From assembly GCA_963676795.2 (NCBI GenBank), contig CAXXTB010000002.1, forward strand, positions 544,001-608,000: a stretch of DNA of 64,000 nt. The letters are read 5' to 3'. The position numbers were made by a program, and so were the translations under genes. The DNA comes from Geopsychrobacteraceae bacterium. GTDB lineage: Bacteria > Desulfobacterota > Desulfuromonadia > Desulfuromonadales > Geopsychrobacteraceae. The notes under the pieces were generated by a model. It saw nothing but the letters and a program-made list of their open reading frames with translations. It had not been told where the DNA came from and searched no databases. Shown piece by piece: positions 19,748 through 30,683 of the stretch (position 1 is the stretch's first letter; every line of letters begins with the position of its first letter).

Positions 19748-21565
19748 TCAGAATGTCACCTTGAGACCGGCGTAGGCCGACAGCCCTGCTGTGCCGTAAC
19801 CGGCAACCTCTTCGTAGTCCTCGTCAAACAGGTTGTCGATTCGTGCGAACAGCTTGGCGTAGTCGCAGACCTGATAGGAGCCGCTCAGGTTGACCAGGGT
19901 GTAGGCGTCGAGGGTCTCATTTGCAGCGCCGTCTTCGCGTTCACCGGTGTAGAGAATACTGGTTGTCAGCTGCAGGTTGTCCAGTGGATAGATGCTGATA
20001 TCAAAGGATCCTTTATGCAAAGGGATGCGCGCCTTGCGGGAACCATCATCCGTTTCGCTGTCGGTGTAGGTATAGCCCAGTTTGAAGCTGATAAGCTCCA
20101 GTGGGTACCAGCCGATGGACGTTTCGACCCCTTCGGTGGTCAACTCTTCAATATTTTCATAACCGCCGGTCAGCCAGTCGCCATACCAGTTGATATAGTC
20201 CTCGATGTCGTTGTGGAACCATGTGGCCGAAAGAACGATGCTGTTGCTGAGCAGCTTCTGATCGAAACCGATGTCGTAGCTCAGGCTGGTTTCAGGATCG
20301 AGGTCTGCGTTGCCGCCATAGGGGTAGTAGAGCTGAAACAGAGACGGAGCTTTGAATCCGGTTCCGACAGACGCATGGAGGTGGGCTCCACAATAGGGAA
20401 CAACGTAACTTGGCGCGATGCGCCAGGTGACCTCATTACCGAATTCCTGATGGTTGTCGAGACGGGCACCGACACTGATGGCAAAGTCGCTGATCTTAAG
20501 CTGGTCCTGAATATAGACTGCCCTGTTGAGCGTATCGCCAGAATCACCGTAGCTGCTCTGGTAATCTTCCTTTTCAATCTCAAAACCAAGCAGCAGTGTT
20601 TGCAGTTCTCCGGCCCTGATGGTGTTAAGTACCTCCGCCTTTTTTATATCACCATCATACTCGTAGTTGTCGTAGGTACCGCTGGTTTTGTGATTGGCCG
20701 ATGAGATTGAGCTTCCCAGTTTTAGAGTCCAGACATCCTGCAACAGAGAGAAAATCAGTTCCCCTTTTGCCGCAGTTTCCAGCGAGTCGGTTTTGGCATC
20801 CGTGTCGGCGGGAGTAAAGGTCCAGTCATATGAATCGAATTCGCTTTCTGAATCAGTCAGGTGGAAGCTCAGGTTGTAGGCGAGACTCTCGGAAAGTGAA
20901 TGACCAGAGTTCAGCATGAAACTGGTCTTTTTGTAGCCGTCCTTTTCACTGAAGCCATCCTTTTCGTTGTAGGAGGAAAAACCGTCGGTTGTCGTTGTGG
21001 AAACGGCCGCGGAAATACCGGGAGCGGAAATCGCAGCGCTCGCCTCCCGGGTATTGTAGGATCCTCCCTCTAGCGAAGCTGAGGTGCTCCGGTTCCGGCT
21101 GCCCTTTTTGGTGATGATATTGATGACACCGCCGATGGCATCTGAGCCGTAGATTACGCTCTGTGCGCCTTTGACGACTTCGATCCGTTCAATATTCTCG
21201 GTACTGATGTTGGCGAGGTTCGAGCCGCCGCCGATACTGGAGGTGTCGCGGAATTCGATGCCGTCGATCAGAACCAGGGTGTGGCGGGTATCGGTCCCGC
21301 GCAGGTAGGCAGAGGTCGCGGTACCCCGGGGGCCGCTCTGAACAATGTTGACGCCTGGAACGCTGCGCAGAACGTCGAGCACCTGGGTCAGCTGCTTTTC
21401 TTCGATCTCTTCAGCGGTTACCACCGTGACCGAACTGCCGAGCTGGCTGAGAGGGGTTTCCGTTCGGGTTGCAGTCACGACGATCGGGTCCAGGATGGTG
21501 GTTTCGGCGTGAAGCGTGGTGGCCAGCAGCAGTGCCGCGGCCAGGCCTAAGATAAGTTTTTGCAT
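19748..21565 (-). CDS. btuB: TonB-dependent vitamin B12 receptor
   Basis: IVVTATR TonB box, RGT..HTLVLIDG plug, GFKAPSL, terminal F; B12 riboswitch upstream. Confidence 0.88.
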   Translation of the reverse strand: MQKLILGLAAALLLATTLHAETTILDPIVVTATRTETPLSQLGSSVTVVTAEEIEEKQLTQVLDVLRSVPGVNIVQSGPRGTATSAYLRGTDTRHTLVLIDGIEFRDTSSIGGGSNLANISTENIERIEVVKGAQSVIYGSDAIGGVINIITKKGSRNRSTSASLEGGSYNTREASAAISAPGISAAVSTTTTDGFSSYNEKDGFSEKDGYKKTSFMLNSGHSLSESLAYNLSFHLTDSESEFDSYDWTFTPADTDAKTDSLETAAKGELIFSLLQDVWTLKLGSSISSANHKTSGTYDNYEYDGDIKKAEVLNTIRAGELQTLLLGFEIEKEDYQSSYGDSGDTLNRAVYIQDQLKISDFAISVGARLDNHQEFGNEVTWRIAPSYVVPYCGAHLHASVGTGFKAPSLFQLYYPYGGNADLDPETSLSYDIGFDQKLLSNSIVLSATWFHNDIEDYINWYGDWLTGGYENIEELTTEGVETSIGWYPLELISFKLGYTYTDSETDDGSRKARIPLHKGSFDISIYPLDNLQLTTSILYTGEREDGAANETLDAYTLVNLSGSYQVCDYAKLFARIDNLFDEDYEEVAGYGTAGLSAYAGLKVTF

Positions 21566-21613
21566 CTCTTCTTCTCCTGAAGTTGTCCCCCGGGAGCCTG
21601 ATGGTGCAAACGC

Positions 21614-21646
21614 AAAAAAGCCCGCACCTGGAAAAGGTGCGGGCTT
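21614..21646 (-). terminator. Intrinsic terminator in the btuB leader (probable riboswitch expression platform)
   Basis: Minus strand AAGCCCGCACC-TTTTCCA-GGTGCGGGCTT-TTTT. Confidence 0.75.
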
Positions 21647-21712
21647 ACCGTATTGATTTATGGCCTGCGCTCCTGTCCACACTCCCATACCCGGGGAGGT
21701 AAGTTGACAGTT

Positions 21713-21905
21713 TCATGGCAGGTCTTCTGACTGACGAGCGTTCGCATGGTATTGTCACGAAATGCTGATCGGCCTTCCCGGCTTCGAAAAAAAAACCAGT
21801 GGCATGTCGATCAGCTGCGCTCGATCACAGCGGCGGGTCCGTGGAGGTTTCTCACCTCGCTTCCCATTCGGATTTTTGAAAATCCAAGCCTTGCGGCACC
21901 GATGA
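21713..21905 (-). ncRNA. Cobalamin riboswitch
   Basis: Minus strand GGTGCC..GGGAAG..GGTGAGAAACC..CCCGCCGCTGT..GCCACTG..GGGAAGGC..AGTCAGAAGACCTGCC. Confidence 0.93.
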
Positions 21906-22085
21906 AACGATTAAATTGTGCTCCTGTTATAGGCAAAGCCACTCCGTCGAGTCAAGCGCTCAAATTATGTTTTTGTGAGTTTCTGCATCAGGCGGTTTTC
22001 AAGAGTTGCAAAACATGTTACCAATAGCCGTTTTTCACACAGTTATCTTTGTTAGCCTGATCAATTAAGTAAAGGATCGAAACGG

Positions 22086-23414
22086 ATGGTTTTTGACAAA
22101 ATCGGACTTCAGGTGCCCCGCATTCTTCTGCCGAAGGCGGGGACCGACATGCAGGGCTGGGCGGTTATCGCCTGTGATCAGTACACCTCGGATCGCGCCT
22201 ACTGGCAGCGGCTCAAGCAGCAGGTCGGTGACAAGGCGTCGACACTGAACCTGATTTTTCCGGAAGTTTACCTGGAAGACAGCGATGGCGACCAGCGCAT
22301 CGCGACGATCAACCAGACCATGGATGCCTACCTCGCCGATGGCAGCCTGGAAGAACAGCAGGCCGGGTTTGTCCTGATCGACCGCAAGACCTCCGAAGTC
22401 GAATCGCGCAAGGGGTTGATGGTCGCCCTGGATCTTGAGAAATACGACTACAGCAAAGGCTCGAAGAGTTTGATCCGGGCCACCGAGGGAACCATCCTCG
22501 ACCGTCTGCCGCCGCGCATCAAGGTCCGGGAGAATGCGCCGATCGAACTGCCGCATATCATGGTCCTGATCGATGATCCGCAGCGCACCGTCATCGAACC
22601 GCTCTTCGATGCACAGCTTGAAACCATTTACGATTTCGAACTGCTCGAAAACGGCGGTCACCTCAAGGGCTACCGCATAGACAGTCCGCAGTTGATCGAA
22701 CAGGTGGCAGGGGCGCTTGAAGCGCTGGCCGATCCGCAGGCGTATCAGGCAAAATACCAGGCCGGTGAGGATGTCATGCTCTACGCCATGGGCGACGGCA
22801 ACCATTCCTTTGCCACCGCCAAGGCGATCTGGGAACGCCTCAAAGAGGAAGCAACCGACAAGGCTGCGATCATGAACCATCCGGCGCGTTATGCCCTGGT
22901 TGAGCTGGTCAACCTGCACGACTCAGGCCTTGAGTTCGAGCCGATCCACCGCGTTCTGTTCCATGTTGACAACGTGCAGCTTAAAAAGGCGATGGTCAGC
23001 TGGTTTGCAGGGCGCAATACCCCGCTGACGATCACTGCCTGCGCGTCACTTTCCGAGGCGGAAAAACAGGCTGAAGCAGCAGAGCATGCCTTTGTCGCCA
23101 CCTTTGGCGGCGAGTTCGCCGTCTGCAGCGTCGCTGGGGCCGAATTCAACCTGGTGGTCGCTTCACTGCAGGCATTTATCGATCATTACCTGGCCGAAAA
23201 CAAGCAGGCCAAGGTCGATTACATCCATGGCGAAGAACCGGTCACCGAACTGGGCGGCAAGGCCGATTGTGCCGGGTTCTACCTGCCGGCCATCGACAAG
23301 TTCGATTTCTTCCGCACCATCATCCTCGACGGCGCGCTGCCGCGTAAGACCTTCTCCATGGGTGAGGCGGACGAGAAGCGTTTCTACCTCGAATGCCGCA
23401 GGATCAAGGAGTAG
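22086..23414 (+). CDS. DUF1015 family protein
   Basis: WAVIACDQYTS, IRATEGT, AMGDGNHS, LPRKTFSMG. Confidence 0.85.
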   Translation: MVFDKIGLQVPRILLPKAGTDMQGWAVIACDQYTSDRAYWQRLKQQVGDKASTLNLIFPEVYLEDSDGDQRIATINQTMDAYLADGSLEEQQAGFVLIDRKTSEVESRKGLMVALDLEKYDYSKGSKSLIRATEGTILDRLPPRIKVRENAPIELPHIMVLIDDPQRTVIEPLFDAQLETIYDFELLENGGHLKGYRIDSPQLIEQVAGALEALADPQAYQAKYQAGEDVMLYAMGDGNHSFATAKAIWERLKEEATDKAAIMNHPARYALVELVNLHDSGLEFEPIHRVLFHVDNVQLKKAMVSWFAGRNTPLTITACASLSEAEKQAEAAEHAFVATFGGEFAVCSVAGAEFNLVVASLQAFIDHYLAENKQAKVDYIHGEEPVTELGGKADCAGFYLPAIDKFDFFRTIILDGALPRKTFSMGEADEKRFYLECRRIKE

Positions 23415-23417
23415 TCA

Positions 23418-24023
23418 ATGAGCAAGATAGACGCAGTTGTTTTTGATCTGGGCCGGGTGCTGATCGACTATGATTACGCTCCTTTCTTTCAGGTCATGCG
23501 CGAGCATGGCGCCGATATCGTCGGTGAATTCGACTTTATCGCGCGGATGGACGTGACCCCCTACGAAGAAGGGTTCAACACCAATGAAGAGTTTCTCGAT
23601 GGCTTGAGGCGGCTGATCAAGGAGCCGATCAGCGATGAGAAGCTGATCGCCGCCTGGACCTCGATCTTCACGCCGATGGACGAGATGCTTGCCCTGGCGC
23701 GTGAGCTGAAAGAGCAGACGAAAGTCTACCTGATCTCGAATATCGGTCCGCTCCACTGGGACTATCTGCGGCAGACCTATCAGCTGGCCGATTACTGTCA
23801 CGGTATGCTGCCCTCCTTTGAGGCCGGTGCGGTCAAGCCGTTCGCCGATATCTACAGTGAAGCCAAGGACCGTTTCGGCCTCGAACCACAGCGCACGGTC
23901 TTTGTCGATGACAAGCCGGAGAACGTTTCCGGTGCCCGGGCCTGCGGCTGGAAGGCGTTCGTCTACGAGTCGCCGGAGCATACCCGCAATGTGCTGCTCG
24001 GCTTACTCGCTGATGAGTCTTGA
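23418..24023 (+). CDS. HAD-superfamily phosphatase (YihX-like)
   Basis: FDLGRVL, ISN, KP and FVDDK motifs. Confidence 0.85.
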   Translation: MSKIDAVVFDLGRVLIDYDYAPFFQVMREHGADIVGEFDFIARMDVTPYEEGFNTNEEFLDGLRRLIKEPISDEKLIAAWTSIFTPMDEMLALARELKEQTKVYLISNIGPLHWDYLRQTYQLADYCHGMLPSFEAGAVKPFADIYSEAKDRFGLEPQRTVFVDDKPENVSGARACGWKAFVYESPEHTRNVLLGLLADES

Positions 24024-24468
24024 GGACAGCTTTCCTGCCGAACCGGGGAGCTACCTGCTCTTCTTCTACCTGCGGGCCGGCCGATCTATCGAGGTCGGTC
24101 GGCTCGCTTCCCTGCATTTCCGTCGCGGCTGGTATCTCTACTGCGGCAGCGCCTTCGGTCCGGGCGGCCTGCGTGGCCGCTTGCGCCATCATCTCAAACC
24201 CGATTCCCGTCTCCACTGGCACATCGATTACCTGAAACAGGCCGCTGACCTGCGCAAAATCTGGTTTCTGAGCGGCGAAAACATGGAACATCTCTGGAGT
24301 CGCCAGCTCGCGGGGCTGGGCGGGTTCGAAGCTCCGTATCGGGGCTTCGGTTCGAGCGACTGCGACTGTTTCAGTCACCTGTTTTTTTGTTGTTCCCAAC
24401 CGAGGTGGAGAGAGCTGTTTGAGAGTCTTGACGGGGCAGGCAGGATCGGGCGGCGGGTCGTTGGGTAG
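24013..24468 (+). CDS. DUF123 / GIY-YIG-like nuclease family protein
   Basis: GSYLL, YLYCGSA, HWHIDYL, GFGSSDCDCFSHL. Confidence 0.82.
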   Translation: MSLEDSFPAEPGSYLLFFYLRAGRSIEVGRLASLHFRRGWYLYCGSAFGPGGLRGRLRHHLKPDSRLHWHIDYLKQAADLRKIWFLSGENMEHLWSRQLAGLGGFEAPYRGFGSSDCDCFSHLFFCCSQPRWRELFESLDGAGRIGRRVVG

Positions 24469-24575
24469 CGAACCAGGATTGACGTCGTCTGGAAAAAGTG
24501 GACAAGCGTCTGATCGATACTTAAACTCTGACATCTCGTTTCGACAGTCTATAACTCAAAGAGAGGACTCAGCCT

Positions 24576-25235
24576 ATGGAAACCAGCGAACGCGATTTGC
24601 GCGCCCAGCTTATCAGTAAGGCGATCTGGATGAATGCTTCCGGTCTGAACCAGGGAACCTCGGGCAATCTTTCGGCCCGCTACCAGGATCGCATGCTCAT
24701 CACTCCGAGCGGGATTTCTTATGAGGAGCTGGAACCGGAATCGCTTGCCGCCATGCCGATCGACGGCGAATACGGCAGCTGGGAAGGCCCCTTCAAGCCG
24801 TCGAGCGAGTGGCGCTTCCATCTGGATATCATGCAGGCGAGGCCGGAGGTCAAAGCCGTTGTCCATACCCATTCCGTCTATGCGACAACTCTGGCCATGG
24901 CGCGCCGCGACATCCCGGCTGCGCATTATATGGTGGCGATCTTCGGTGGCGACAATGTGCGCTGTTCCGACTATGCCACCTATGGCACCAAAGAGCTTTC
25001 GGACCTCGCTCTGCAGGCCCTGGAGGGCCGCAATGCCTGTCTGCTCGCCAACCACGGCATGCTGGTCACCGGCCCCAGCCTGGAAAAGGCCATGTGGCTG
25101 GCCCTGGAACTGGAAACCCTGTGTCGTCAGTATTACCAGAGCCTGCTGATCGGTGGCCCGGTGATCCTGTCGGATGAAAATATCGCCGATACCATGATAT
25201 CGATCTCAGGCTACGGGTTGCAGGACAAAAAATAA
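24576..25235 (+). CDS. Class II aldolase (FucA-like)
   Basis: GTSGNLSAR, PSSEWRFH, HTHS, LANHG. Confidence 0.88.
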   Translation: METSERDLRAQLISKAIWMNASGLNQGTSGNLSARYQDRMLITPSGISYEELEPESLAAMPIDGEYGSWEGPFKPSSEWRFHLDIMQARPEVKAVVHTHSVYATTLAMARRDIPAAHYMVAIFGGDNVRCSDYATYGTKELSDLALQALEGRNACLLANHGMLVTGPSLEKAMWLALELETLCRQYYQSLLIGGPVILSDENIADTMISISGYGLQDKK

Positions 25236-25257
25236 CCTTAAGGTTTGTATCAAGTAT

Positions 25258-25452
25258 TCAAGCCGGGAACCAGCTTTCCGATTGCGCGCTTCGAGGCGCG
25301 TAGCGGCTCGTCTGAGCGGGAATAAGCTCGCAGCCCAGAAGCTACGCAGCAGATATCTGACAAGTTATAGACGGTGCCGTTGACGTTGGCGTTTCTTTGC
25401 ATCCTTTCTTTTCGCAAAAAGAAAGGATGTCGCCTGGCGGTGCGAGAACCGC
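25258..25452 (-). repeat. Structured intergenic repeat family A, copy 2
   Basis: Reverse complement aligns by eye with 12339-12534. Confidence 0.85.
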
Positions 25453-25496
25453 TGATTTTGGTTTTGTGAGGTTTCCCAATGAGAAAAGATCAAAGG

Positions 25497-25564
25497 CGCG
25501 GGGACTTGCCCCCCGTACGGCGACCTCATTTTGACCAGGGCCTCAAAGGCAGGCAAAAACTCCC
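25497..25564 (+). repeat. Repeat family A, partial copy 3
   Basis: GCGGGGACTTGCCCCCCGTACGGCGACC..GGCAAAAA resembles the 5' module of copy 1 (CCCGTACGGCG shared). Confidence 0.6.
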
Positions 25565-25752
25565 TTTAAAAACTTACGAAAACTGATATTGCTTTCTTTC
25601 GCAGGTTCACACCAGCAACTGACAACGCGCCCAGCAATGAGCAGGCTCATTGAATGGGCACAACCGGAAAAAACTCAGCATTGCTGAGTTTTGATACATT
25701 GAAACAAGCAGGGGGCGAGCGAATGTTCGCCCTCTGCTGTAAGAGTGTTTTG

Positions 25753-27072
25753 TCAGGCCTTGCGTCCAGCCGGCAGGATCAGGTTGAGGATGACGCCGAT
25801 AACTCCGGCCAGGCCGATACCGCCGAGTTTGACGACGGCCAGATCGAGGTTGAGGCCGCCGATGCCGAAGACCAGGATGATGGCGACGATCGCCAGATTG
25901 CGCGGCTGCATCAGGTCATCCCCCGCTCTGACCAGAGTATTGATGCCGATAACGGCGATGGCGCCGAAGAGCAGAACCATGATGCCGCCCATGACCGGGA
26001 CCGGAATCGAGGTCAACAGGCCGCCCAGTTTGCCGACGAAGGCGAGGACGATGGCGGCGATCGCCGCCCAGGTCATGATTGCCGGGTTGAAGCAGCGGGT
26101 CAGGGCGACGGCGCCTGAGACCTCCGAGTAGGTGGTGTTGGGCGGTCCGCCGACCAGGGCGGCGAAGCTGGTGGCGATGCCGTCACCGAGCATGGTGTTC
26201 TGGATGCCGGGATCCTTGACATAGTCCTTGCCGGTGATGCCGCCGATCGCCATGACATCGCCGAAGTGTTCAATGGCCGGGGCGATGGCGACCGGGACGA
26301 TATAGAGGATCGCTTCGAGATTCCAGCTCGGGAAGGTGAAATCAGGCAGAGCGATCCAGGCGGCCTGAGCGACGTTCTGCATGGAAATCAGCGCCGGGGC
26401 TGTGTAGTTCGGCAGGCTTCCCGGATCGAAACCGGCCTGCAGTGCAGCGCTGGCCCCGCTGGCATCAAGGATGAGCGAAGCGATGTAGCCGGCGACAATG
26501 CCGCAGAGGATCGGTACCAGCCTGAACAGTCCGCGCCCGAGCAGGGAGACCAGGATGGTGACGATCAGGGCGACAGCGGCGATGATGTAGGCGGTGGTCT
26601 GCGGCACCAGCCAGGCGCTGCCGTCACCCGTGCGCCCCGAGGCCATATGGATGGCGGCCGGGGCCAGGTAGAGGCCGATGACCATGATCACCGGGCCGGT
26701 GACCACCGGCGGCAGCACGCGGTGGAGAATGCCGGCGCCGAAAAAGCGCACGACCAGGCTGATCACGACGTAGAGCAGACCGGCGGCGGCCAGGCCGCAC
26801 ATGGTGCCCGGAATCCCCCAGGTGGCGACACCGTAGATGATCGGCGCGATAAAGGCGAAGCTCGAAGCGAGGAAGACCGGAACTTTCCCTCTGGTCAGGG
26901 CCTGAAAGATCAGGGTGCCGACCCCGGCGGTAAACAGCGCGACGTTGGCATTGAGCCCGGTCAGCAGGGGGACCAGGACCAGGGCGCCGAAGGCGACGAA
27001 CAGCATCTGGGCGCCGAGCAGCCAGTCCTTGAGGCGGAAGTTGTAGTCGGTCGGTGATAGGTTTGGATTCAT
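25753..27072 (-). CDS. uraA: Uracil-xanthine permease (NCS2)
   Basis: LASSFAF, EHFGD, GGPPNTTYSE; next to upp. Confidence 0.9.
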   Translation of the reverse strand: MNPNLSPTDYNFRLKDWLLGAQMLFVAFGALVLVPLLTGLNANVALFTAGVGTLIFQALTRGKVPVFLASSFAFIAPIIYGVATWGIPGTMCGLAAAGLLYVVISLVVRFFGAGILHRVLPPVVTGPVIMVIGLYLAPAAIHMASGRTGDGSAWLVPQTTAYIIAAVALIVTILVSLLGRGLFRLVPILCGIVAGYIASLILDASGASAALQAGFDPGSLPNYTAPALISMQNVAQAAWIALPDFTFPSWNLEAILYIVPVAIAPAIEHFGDVMAIGGITGKDYVKDPGIQNTMLGDGIATSFAALVGGPPNTTYSEVSGAVALTRCFNPAIMTWAAIAAIVLAFVGKLGGLLTSIPVPVMGGIMVLLFGAIAVIGINTLVRAGDDLMQPRNLAIVAIILVFGIGGLNLDLAVVKLGGIGLAGVIGVILNLILPAGRKA

Positions 27073-27111
27073 AGCGCATCCTTTGGGTATGAAAGCCAAT
27101 AGATTAATGAA

Positions 27112-27138
27112 AAGCCTGCCGGTTTCCCGGCAGGCTTG
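27112..27138 (-). terminator. Terminator-like hairpin after upp
   Basis: AAGCCTGCCGG-TTTC-CCGGCAGGCTT with T-tract on the minus strand. Confidence 0.6.
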
Positions 27139-27149
27139 ATGATTGTTAA

Positions 27150-27776
27150 TTATTTTGTTCCGAAAATCTTGTCCCCGGCGTCGCCCAGCCCGGGAAGGAT
27201 ATAGCCGTTTTCGTTGAGTCTTTCGTCGATCGACGCGACAAAGATATCGACATCGGGATGGGTCTTCTGCAGCCGTTCGATCCCTTCCGGGACCGCGACC
27301 AGAAAGAGTCCGCGAATACTGGTACAGCCGGCCGCCTTGAGCATGTCAATGCAGGCGACCAGGGAGCCGCCGGTGGCGAGCATCGGATCGAGGATCAGAG
27401 CGGTTCGGTCTTCCATGTTGCTGGTCAGCTTTTCGAAGTAGGTGACCGGCTCCAGCGTCTCCTCGTTGCGGTACAGGCCGACAACGCTGACCCTGGCGTT
27501 GGGGAGCAGGTCGAGAACGCCGTCCATCATCCCCAGCCCGGCGCGCAGGATCGGTACAACGGTGATTTTCTTGCCCTTGATCCGGTCGACCTCGACCGGG
27601 CCGTTCCAGCCGCTGATCGTTTCTTTTTCGGTTTCCAGGTCCTTGGTTGCTTCGTAGGTCAGCAGGCGGGCGACTTCTGAAGCCAGCTCGCGGAAGTCCT
27701 TGGTGCTGATATCCGCCTGGCGCATCAGACCCAGTTTGTGTTTGACCAGCGGATGAGCAACTTCGATGACAGCCAT
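27150..27776 (-). CDS. upp: Uracil phosphoribosyltransferase
   Basis: [25 protein letters not shown]. Confidence 0.96.
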   Translation of the reverse strand: MAVIEVAHPLVKHKLGLMRQADISTKDFRELASEVARLLTYEATKDLETEKETISGWNGPVEVDRIKGKKITVVPILRAGLGMMDGVLDLLPNARVSVVGLYRNEETLEPVTYFEKLTSNMEDRTALILDPMLATGGSLVACIDMLKAAGCTSIRGLFLVAVPEGIERLQKTHPDVDIFVASIDERLNENGYILPGLGDAGDKIFGTK

Positions 27777-28006
27777 GAATGATCTCCTTGGGTAGGGGGG
27801 AAATTCAACACTGGAGAATATGATTAACCTATGGAAGAGGTCAAGATTTTCAGTCGTCAAAACGATTAACGTCAGGTAAGAATCTGCCGGCAGGGAGATT
27901 CTGGCTTTGTTCTTTAAAGGAAGATGGGGTATAGTCTCCGGCTGACTTGAATTCGGAATCGCTGGTCCTGCCGGTTAAATGCCGGTCCGGTGTCATTGTG
28001 ATTGCG

Positions 28007-28945
28007 ATGAGTAATAGAAGACTATGGGATAAAACGGTGGATCACAGTTCCCCGACGATAAAAGACAGATTTGAATACCTGCTGATCATGCTGGCGGTCC
28101 GCCTGACCCGCCTGCTCGGTCGGGAGAAATCCCTCCGGCTGGGGCGCTGGCTCGGCAGGCAGGCGCTCTGGGTCCTGCCGGCGCGGCGTCGTCTGGCACT
28201 CGATAATATGCGCAAGGCTCTGCCTGAACTGAGCGAAGAGGAGATTCGTCTGGTTGCCAGGCGTAACTTTGAGAATATCGGCGCCAGCGCCTTTGAGATG
28301 CTGGGCTTGGATCTCTGGAGGCCGGGCAGCGATGATCTGCAGCGCTATTTCGACATCGAAGGTGCAGAGAATCTCAAGAGTGCGTCTGAGCTGGGACGGG
28401 GGATGCTGATTCTCACCGCGCACCTCGGTTTCTGGGAATCCGGATTCTTTGTCCTGCCGGAGCTGGGTTACCCCTGCGATGGGGTTGCCAAGCCGATGAG
28501 GAACCCTCTGGCCGACCGCTATTTCGCCCGGATCCGTGAGACCTTCGGCGGCCAGGTCCTGAACAGCAAAAAGGGGGCGCGGAGAATCCTCGCCTCATTG
28601 AACAAGGGGCGCGCGGTGGCGATTCTGCTCGATCAGCATATCAAGCCGCCCGGTTCGGTCGAGACGGATTTCTTTGGCCGCAAGGCCTATACCACAACGG
28701 CGATTGCCAATCTGGCCATGAAGTATCGGGTGCCGGTGGTGCCGATGTTCTGCCTGCGGGGTGATGACAACAGGTACCGGGTCTGGATCGATGAGCCTCT
28801 GCTGCTGGAAGGTTGCGGGGAGCAGGCCGTTGCCGAGAATACCCAGCTGTTGACAACTATTATTGAGAATGCGGTCCGCCGCGATGTGTCCCAATGGTTC
28901 TGGATGCACAGGCGCTGGCGGGTCAAGAAAAAGAAAAAGGGCTAA
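28007..28945 (+). CDS. Lipid A biosynthesis acyltransferase (LpxL/HtrB family); start uncertain
   Basis: [21 protein letters not shown]. Confidence 0.85.
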   Translation: MSNRRLWDKTVDHSSPTIKDRFEYLLIMLAVRLTRLLGREKSLRLGRWLGRQALWVLPARRRLALDNMRKALPELSEEEIRLVARRNFENIGASAFEMLGLDLWRPGSDDLQRYFDIEGAENLKSASELGRGMLILTAHLGFWESGFFVLPELGYPCDGVAKPMRNPLADRYFARIRETFGGQVLNSKKGARRILASLNKGRAVAILLDQHIKPPGSVETDFFGRKAYTTTAIANLAMKYRVPVVPMFCLRGDDNRYRVWIDEPLLLEGCGEQAVAENTQLLTTIIENAVRRDVSQWFWMHRRWRVKKKKKG

Positions 28946-28949
28946 AGAC

Positions 28950-30536
28950 GTGAGTAAGCAGTTAGAAAAAGAGATCGCCAGGCGCCGGACCTTCGGCATC
29001 ATCAGTCACCCGGATGCCGGTAAAACGACCCTGACCGAGAAGCTGTTGCTGTTCGGCGGTGCGATTCAGATGGCCGGTACGGTCAAGGCCCGTAAATCGA
29101 ACCGGCATGCGACCAGTGACTGGATGAGCATCGAAAAGGAGCGGGGGATCTCGGTCTCATCCTCGGTCATGAAGTTCGATTACAGCGGTTACGAGGTCAA
29201 TCTGCTCGATACCCCGGGTCACCAGGACTTCTCCGAGGATACCTACCGGGTTCTGACCGCCGTCGACAGCGCACTGATGGTCATCGACAGTGCCAACGGC
29301 GTCGAGCGCCAGACCGAAAAGCTGATGGAAGTCTGCCGGATGCGCAACACCCCGGTGCTGACCTTCATCAACAAGCTCGATCGCGAAGGGCTTGAGCCGC
29401 TCGATATCCTTGCCGATATCGAAGAGAAGCTGCAGATCGAATGTGCCCCGCTCTCCTGGCCGATCGGCATGGGCAAGCGCTTCAAAGGGGTCTACAACAT
29501 CTATCGAAACGAACTCAACCTGTTCCGCCCGGGAGATGACGCGCGCAGTACCGAGGTTGTCAAGATCAAGGATCTGAACGATCCGCGCCTTGATGAACTG
29601 CTCGGCTCCCAGGCCGATGAGCTGCGCAGCGATATCGAACTGCTTGAAGGGGCGGCCAATCCGTTCAACAAGGATGAATACCTCAAGGCGAACCAGACCC
29701 CGGTCTTCTTCGGCAGCGCTATCAACAACTTTGGTGTCAAGGAGATGCTCGACGCCTTCGTTGAACTGGCTCCGGCTCCCGGCCCGCGCGAAACGGTAGA
29801 GCGGATAGTGGAACCGGCGGAAGAGGATTTCTCAGGTTTCGTGTTTAAGATCCAGGCCAATATGGACCCGGCCCATCGCGACCGGATCGCCTTTTTGCGT
29901 ATCTGTTCGGGCAAGTTCACCCGTGGCATGAAGGTGCGTCATCACCGGATCGGAAAGGATGTTAACCTGTCCAACGCCACCATCTTCATGGCTCAGGACC
30001 GGGCGAACGTCGAAGAGGCCTATCCGGGAGATATCATCGGTCTGCACAACCATGGTACGATCAAGATCGGTGATACCTTCAGCCTCAAGGAGCCGCTCAA
30101 ATACACCGGAATTCCGAACTTTGCTCCGGAGCATTTCCGCCGCGTCCGGCTTAAGGACCCGCTCAAATCGAAACAGTTACAGAAGGGGTTGATCCAGCTC
30201 GCCGAAGAGGGGGCCGTCCAGGTCTTCAAACCGGTCACCGGAGCTGAGTTCATCCTTGGCGCCGTCGGTGTTCTGCAGTTCGATGTCACCATGGAGCGCC
30301 TCAAGGCGGAGTACAATGTTGCTGCCGTCTACGAGGGGGTCGATTACACCACGGCCCGCTGGGTCGAATGTGACGACCGTAAGGTCTTTGAGGAGTTTCA
30401 AAAGAAAAACCAGGGGAACCTGGCCCACGATGCCGAAGGGCACCTGACCTATCTGGCGGCCAGTGAGTGGCGTCTGGGGCATACCGCCGAACAGTGGGAG
30501 CAGGTTCGCTTCCTGAAATCGCGCGAACACAGCTGA
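28950..30536 (+). CDS. prfC: Peptide chain release factor 3
   Basis: [34 protein letters not shown] start. Confidence 0.97.
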   Translation: MSKQLEKEIARRRTFGIISHPDAGKTTLTEKLLLFGGAIQMAGTVKARKSNRHATSDWMSIEKERGISVSSSVMKFDYSGYEVNLLDTPGHQDFSEDTYRVLTAVDSALMVIDSANGVERQTEKLMEVCRMRNTPVLTFINKLDREGLEPLDILADIEEKLQIECAPLSWPIGMGKRFKGVYNIYRNELNLFRPGDDARSTEVVKIKDLNDPRLDELLGSQADELRSDIELLEGAANPFNKDEYLKANQTPVFFGSAINNFGVKEMLDAFVELAPAPGPRETVERIVEPAEEDFSGFVFKIQANMDPAHRDRIAFLRICSGKFTRGMKVRHHRIGKDVNLSNATIFMAQDRANVEEAYPGDIIGLHNHGTIKIGDTFSLKEPLKYTGIPNFAPEHFRRVRLKDPLKSKQLQKGLIQLAEEGAVQVFKPVTGAEFILGAVGVLQFDVTMERLKAEYNVAAVYEGVDYTTARWVECDDRKVFEEFQKKNQGNLAHDAEGHLTYLAASEWRLGHTAEQWEQVRFLKSREHS

Positions 30537-30683
30537 ACCTTTTCTGGTACGGCAACCATCTCTGTTTGAGAGGGAATTCAATAAGAACGGGGTCGTATGG
30601 CCCCTTTTCTATTGAATTAGATTTGCTTTATGTTAACTTGATTACGTGCGTTATTTTTCTTCTATTTTCGTTTGGAGAAGAAG

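Noticed and set aside
24013..24468. GIY-YIG-like gene as a homing endonuclease or mobile element
   Set aside because: DUF123-type stand-alone protein embedded in an operon; no intron, terminal repeats or target duplication visible
27073..27090. GCATCCTTTGGGTA before uraA (and CCTTGGGTA before upp) as further copies of the 15-nt insertion
   Set aside because: Only partial matches that coincide with ribosome-binding sites; cannot be distinguished from chance
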